Below, piece after piece: positions 59,247-64,000 of a DNA stretch of 64,000 nucleotides. The stretch lies in the IMG/VR virus record IMGVR_UViG_3300029983_000007, positions 62,001-126,000 of that record, one strand, 5' to 3'. Position 1 is the first letter of the stretch. Each line of letters starts with the position of its first letter. The notes below the pieces were generated by a model that was given only the letters and a program-made list of their open reading frames with translations, did no database searches and was not told the DNA's origin. Position numbers and translations under genes: made by a program.

Positions 59247-61277
59247 TTATGGATAAACATATAAATTCGGTTCTTGATCAATTCCAGCAGATGTTACAAC
59301 TTTAATACTAGAAGGACCAGTATATCCAAGAGTATTAGGAATGATTCCTTTTATTTCTGACTCAGATACATATTCTTGTGAATCTAAATATATATATTCT
59401 ACATTACCTGTATTTCCAGATGGTATTACACTAATGTAAGCATCTGTATAATATTTAACAAAATTTTGTCCTGATATAGTAATTAAAGATCCTTCTGAAT
59501 AAGTAGAACCTGTTACATAAGTTATAGGATATGATAGTAATGATGGTGGCAAAGATGCTTGAATATAAGATTCAAATGGAGAATGTGATATGGTTCCATT
59601 TAATGTAGTAGCATAAATATTCATAATTTCATTCGTACCAGAATGTGTTATTCCAGATGGTACAATCACTCTCAAATGATTGTTATTTATAGTCGTTGTT
59701 GTGCCATAAGTACCTGGATAAGATACACCAAAACTAATTGTACCTCCAGATAGAAGACTACCATATATGTTAATAACATCGCCATATTTTCCAAATATAG
59801 GACTTATTTTTGATATTATAGGTTCATTTACAGAATCAACAGTAAATCCGCTCATAGTATAATTACCATTTGTACTTTCTACTCTAATATCAACATCACC
59901 TGTAGGTATGATATCAGTTGTTGATGCTGCATTTAATATTTGTACAGTTAATCCTGATGCGCTGTTATATGAAAATCTAGACAACACATTTCCGACATAT
60001 ACACTCATTGAAGGATTGGTTATAAATCCAGTACCATATAAACCTATTGAATGTAGTCCTCTTTGTGAATGAGTAGTACTAAAACTTGTTATAGATAATG
60101 GTTTGTTAGATAGTACGTCGTAAGAATAAGATAATGATGAGCCATATTTATTTATTACTATTACAGTATTTTTACCTGGTATTACATCATTTCCTATATG
60201 AATATCGCAAGTTGTTGAACTAATTATAGTATAATCACATATTACTCCACTAAATGTAATTGTTAAAGGTATATTAAAATTTGTACCTATCATTGTTACT
60301 GTGTTTCCTGGATAAACTGACGGACTTATACTTGATATTGTTGGAATTATACTATTAGTAACTCCGCAAACTGTGAATCCAGATAATGATGTATCATCTA
60401 CTTTTATTGATGTGTCTCCTATTGGTGTTTCATTTGAAATAACTGCTGTCATATAACCAGAATTGTGTACAGTTACATTTGTTGATTGAGTTGGACCAAA
60501 ACGTATTAATGTTGTGCCAGTATTAAAATTTGCACCAAATATATCAATTGTGTCTCCTATATTGGCATATGTAGGATTAAAACTATCAAATAATGGAATT
60601 AAGCCATTATCAATAGTTATATTTTTGAATAAACTTTGACCAATATTTGTTTGTATATATAATTGAGTAGGTCCAAGTGCCAATAAAGGTACCTTTGCAG
60701 TCAATTTAGTTGAGCTAATTACAGTTGTAACAACCTCAATTGATGGTACAAAATATAATTTTGTTTTTCCAGCTATGAAATATAATCCTTCTATAGTTAT
60801 TGTAGAATTAATACTTGCAATAGAAGGACATATTGTTATTATTGGTTTATTAATTTGATTATAAACTCTATATTTTACTGCTGGCCCAAATCCAAATGGT
60901 GATGTTAATATGACATCAACTTCATTGTCATAATTTGATAGTTCAGGTATTATAACTGTTAATTGATTTGGTGAAAATATTGTTGTTACTCCTGTTACTC
61001 CACTAAATGATGCTACAGTATCATTAACAAAATTTATTCCATATATTGTTATAGAATCTCCATTATATGCACTAGTTGGATTGAAGTTTAATATGGTTGG
61101 TACATTTGAATATCCTGCTAATAAATATGTAGAATCACTACCATTATCATCTTTTATCCAAAATCCTTTAGTATCTCCACTACTTACAGTAGAATCATCA
61201 TAACCAAAATAAACATAACCTTTTTCAGGCGTTTCAACCTCTTCTTTAAGTATTTTTTTAATTTTAATATAACTCAT
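59247..61277 (-). CDS. Virion protein with tandem IPT/TIG (Ig-like) repeats
   Basis: about 7 P.I..F.P...G..ITI.G.NF repeats; late promoter at 61300-61309. Confidence 0.8.
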   Translation of the reverse strand: MSYIKIKKILKEEVETPEKGYVYFGYDDSTVSSGDTKGFWIKDDNGSDSTYLLAGYSNVPTILNFNPTSAYNGDSITIYGINFVNDTVASFSGVTGVTTIFSPNQLTVIIPELSNYDNEVDVILTSPFGFGPAVKYRVYNQINKPIITICPSIASINSTITIEGLYFIAGKTKLYFVPSIEVVTTVISSTKLTAKVPLLALGPTQLYIQTNIGQSLFKNITIDNGLIPLFDSFNPTYANIGDTIDIFGANFNTGTTLIRFGPTQSTNVTVHNSGYMTAVISNETPIGDTSIKVDDTSLSGFTVCGVTNSIIPTISSISPSVYPGNTVTMIGTNFNIPLTITFSGVICDYTIISSTTCDIHIGNDVIPGKNTVIVINKYGSSLSYSYDVLSNKPLSITSFSTTHSQRGLHSIGLYGTGFITNPSMSVYVGNVLSRFSYNSASGLTVQILNAASTTDIIPTGDVDIRVESTNGNYTMSGFTVDSVNEPIISKISPIFGKYGDVINIYGSLLSGGTISFGVSYPGTYGTTTTINNNHLRVIVPSGITHSGTNEIMNIYATTLNGTISHSPFESYIQASLPPSLLSYPITYVTGSTYSEGSLITISGQNFVKYYTDAYISVIPSGNTGNVEYIYLDSQEYVSESEIKGIIPNTLGYTGPSSIKVVTSAGIDQEPNLYVYP

Positions 61278-61312
61278 ATATAACGATTTTTCTTTTCGTT
61301 ATATATAAATAT

Positions 61313-63775
61313 TTAAATTTCATATTGTATTTCCAATATTTTATTTCTTTCATAAAATACTATTAGCAATTTGTTTGTATCTTCAAATAATTTTATTTTC
61401 GGAATACACCAACTTACACTATTTTTATTTAAAGATATTTCAGATATTGTGTAATATGTTTTATTAGTATTTAAATCTTTAATGTCAATATTTAATGACT
61501 GCAAATCATCACCATTATAATATATCATCAATTTATTTTCATTTCTATCATAACTTATTTTTATGTTATTTTTATCTAAATTGTAATCAATTATATATTT
61601 TTTAAAATCAAATAATTTAGGATTTTCTACCAATTTTGATTCAATTATTCTATCAGTTATCATTTCAGGAGTTATGTTAATAGAACATTCAAATTGTTTA
61701 TCTGTATCTTTATGCATAGGACACCAATTCCAATCACCTGGATCAAATTTATGAGTATTAAAACATCCATTACAAACATTAAAATTGTGTATATTTATGT
61801 TATTAGTTTTAAACTCACAAAAAGGATTAGAAAAACCTGACATCATTACTACTTTTTTACCTACAGCCCATGCCAACCAACTCAATCCTGAACCAATTCC
61901 AATATAGAATTCACACCATTTTAATTGATTTATTCTGTGCTCAATAGGAAAATCACCAGTGTTATCTATAATATTTTTTAGATTTGTTGATTGCTTACTT
62001 ATTGTCATAACTTTATACCCTTGCGTATTAAGCCAATCAACTAAAATTTGCCATCCTTTATTACTATCTTTACAAGGATAATGCCAATGTTTAGAGTTCG
62101 CAGTTGAGAATTGCCCAATACAAATATATTTTTCTTTAATTGGTCTAACGCCTTCAGGAATTTCAATCTTTGGTATTATTTCTTCATATTCTAATCCAAG
62201 AATATCACTTGCTGTTTTTTGTAATGGTATGGTTTTATAATCAATCGGATTTTTATTACTATCAAATGGTGAATACCATCCAATTTTATATTTAGCATAT
62301 AAATTTTCTGTGTTTGCTTTTCCTGGATCAACAAATGTTATTTCTGGGTATTGTTTTATAAACCAACTATTCCAAAATGTTGAGCACTGAATATTACAAT
62401 TATGTTTTTTTCTAAATTCTTCTACATATGGAAACCATGCTAATGTATCTCCAATTGATTTACTTTCTATTGTTATTAAAACATTTCTATTTGTTAAATC
62501 AAAATCATGTGTAATTAATTCGTTATTATGAAATATATTAATTTTATACTCCTTATAACATTCATTATTTGTACGACACCAATTATTGTTATTTAATGTT
62601 TTTTTGTATATAATTTCTTTTGTATTTTTATCTATTATTTCAACATCAAACTCAGATTTTACATCTCCAAGAATTTCTACATTTGCACCGTTAATAAAAC
62701 TAATATTATAATCATATTGTGGTTCTATTAATTTTTGAATTGTTTTATTAAGATTAAGTGTGTCATTATATTCTGTTGTTAATCTTGATTCAAATGTTAC
62801 ATTATTATCTATTCTTTTAATATTAAAATTATCCAAAATTCTTTTAGAATCTTTATCAACATTCATTGTTAAATATTTAATATTTTTGCATGAATCATAA
62901 GTATCTAAATATGTATTAAGATTATTTAAATAAATAGGCATATTATATGATGTTGCTTCTTTAACAGCTAACGGGTTCAACTCTAATATAGAAGAATGAA
63001 TTAACAAATCAGATGCTTGGTAAAATGTATCAACGTCACTTCTTTCTCCATGTATTATACAATTAATTGGTTTATTATTTAACAAAGGTTTCCAATAATC
63101 TTCAAAATTTTCTGCTTGATTACCAACAAAGTGAAATTGTATTTTATAGTCTTTTAATTTTTCAGCTATTTCAAATACATATCCTTGATTTTTTCCTTTT
63201 GTGAATAACCCAACATTTAAAACATGAAAATACTCAGAATCAAATTTTAATTCGTCAATAGCTAATCCTTTATTTGCTATTAATTTTTCAGATGGATATT
63301 CAATAATAGAAGATGGAATATTGAATTTGTTATATTGTAGTTGTGAATATTTTGATACAAATAAAAATTTATCTGGGAAATATTTTTTTTTGCTAATATC
63401 AAAAGTTGAAGTATGAGTAGTTTCTATTATTTTATATGGTCTGTCATTTCTATATAACCAATTTATATGCTCATTTCTCATTCCAAAAATAAATATTTCT
63501 GGTATTTCTTCCATATGAATAATATCAGGATTGATATTATTAATTATATCTTCAAACAAATCACGCTTTGTTTCATTTTCATTATCTCCAAGCGAAATGA
63601 ATTTATCTCCTAATAACTCAATAAGTCTATTCCTCTGCACAACAAAACTCCAAGAAATTTGTCTATATTCAATAAGATATACATCATTTGTTTTTATTAA
63701 ATATTCTACTCTTTTAAGAGCTACCATCGGAAGTCCTCCTGTAGATCCGTGAGGAATTATTATAAGTATTTTCAT
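61313..63775 (-). CDS. Bifunctional GT4 plus autotransporter O-heptosyltransferase-like (TibC/Aah) glycosyltransferase
   Basis: NVGLFTKGKNQ, ELNPLAVKEA (GT4); SIGDTLAWFPY, SGLSWLAW, CNGCF...WCP...FECS. Confidence 0.8.
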   Translation of the reverse strand: MKILIIIPHGSTGGLPMVALKRVEYLIKTNDVYLIEYRQISWSFVVQRNRLIELLGDKFISLGDNENETKRDLFEDIINNINPDIIHMEEIPEIFIFGMRNEHINWLYRNDRPYKIIETTHTSTFDISKKKYFPDKFLFVSKYSQLQYNKFNIPSSIIEYPSEKLIANKGLAIDELKFDSEYFHVLNVGLFTKGKNQGYVFEIAEKLKDYKIQFHFVGNQAENFEDYWKPLLNNKPINCIIHGERSDVDTFYQASDLLIHSSILELNPLAVKEATSYNMPIYLNNLNTYLDTYDSCKNIKYLTMNVDKDSKRILDNFNIKRIDNNVTFESRLTTEYNDTLNLNKTIQKLIEPQYDYNISFINGANVEILGDVKSEFDVEIIDKNTKEIIYKKTLNNNNWCRTNNECYKEYKINIFHNNELITHDFDLTNRNVLITIESKSIGDTLAWFPYVEEFRKKHNCNIQCSTFWNSWFIKQYPEITFVDPGKANTENLYAKYKIGWYSPFDSNKNPIDYKTIPLQKTASDILGLEYEEIIPKIEIPEGVRPIKEKYICIGQFSTANSKHWHYPCKDSNKGWQILVDWLNTQGYKVMTISKQSTNLKNIIDNTGDFPIEHRINQLKWCEFYIGIGSGLSWLAWAVGKKVVMMSGFSNPFCEFKTNNINIHNFNVCNGCFNTHKFDPGDWNWCPMHKDTDKQFECSINITPEMITDRIIESKLVENPKLFDFKKYIIDYNLDKNNIKISYDRNENKLMIYYNGDDLQSLNIDIKDLNTNKTYYTISEISLNKNSVSWCIPKIKLFEDTNKLLIVFYERNKILEIQYEI

Positions 63776-63835
63776 TGTACATTATTTATTTTTAATTTTT
63801 ATTCTAACTTTTATGATAAGTTTATAATTTTAATA

Positions 63836-63872
63836 AAAAAAGCATCATTGACAAATCAATGATGCTTTTTTT
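63836..63872. terminator. Intrinsic terminator
   Basis: AAAAAAGCATCATTGA-CAAA-TCAATGATGCTTTTTT. Confidence 0.8.
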
Positions 63873-63886
63873 AAAAATTTAATATA

Positions 63887-64000
63887 TTAATCAATTGAAA
63901 CGTTATTAACAGGCTTGTATTTGTTAATTAATGTTTCTCTATTACTAAATCCTCTGCTTCTTGGACTCATGATAACAATAGGAGAACTTTGAGCAGCTTT
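63887..64000 (-). CDS. C-terminal end of a gene starting beyond the window
   Basis: KAAQSSPIVIMSPRSRGFSNRETLINKYKPVNNVSID*. Confidence 0.6.
   Translation of the reverse strand, partial: KAAQSSPIVIMSPRSRGFSNRETLINKYKPVNNVSID

Overview
Very AT-rich, gene-dense 64 kb segment of a large (jumbo/huge) T4-like dsDNA phage using the standard genetic code. The host is most likely a Bacteroidota, because about 11 TTG-N19-TAnnTTTG promoters sit in front of early/accessory genes. Recognisable genes: a GuaB/GuaC-family enzyme fractured by an IMPDH-1-type split intein, a minimal HisRS catalytic core, a radical SAM enzyme, a GH73 hydrolase, DnaK, RtcB interrupted by a group I intron carrying a LAGLIDADG gene, a DNA methyltransferase, a DHH phosphoesterase, DHFR, PIN-PhoH, a CDF transporter, the N-terminal half of a split family-B DNA polymerase, four free-standing homing endonucleases, a degenerate tRNA-Gly, and a fibre plus glycosyltransferase locus. 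The most striking unexplained structure is three peptide tags shared by otherwise unrelated proteins. (1) An N-terminal MK(I/L)RxGFV(S/G)NSSSSSF leader on 7 genes near a radical SAM/SPASM enzyme. (2) A C-terminal RxxK(L/I)xx(L/I) tail on about two dozen small accessory proteins. Three of these appear to be short fragments of essential phage proteins (major capsid, prohead protease, PolB motif A) fused to the tail, suggesting a decoy/mimic system. (3) A T4-CTS-like N-terminus plus a C-terminal KFN(I/L) on late genes. All family assignments come from motif recognition by eye; no searches were run.
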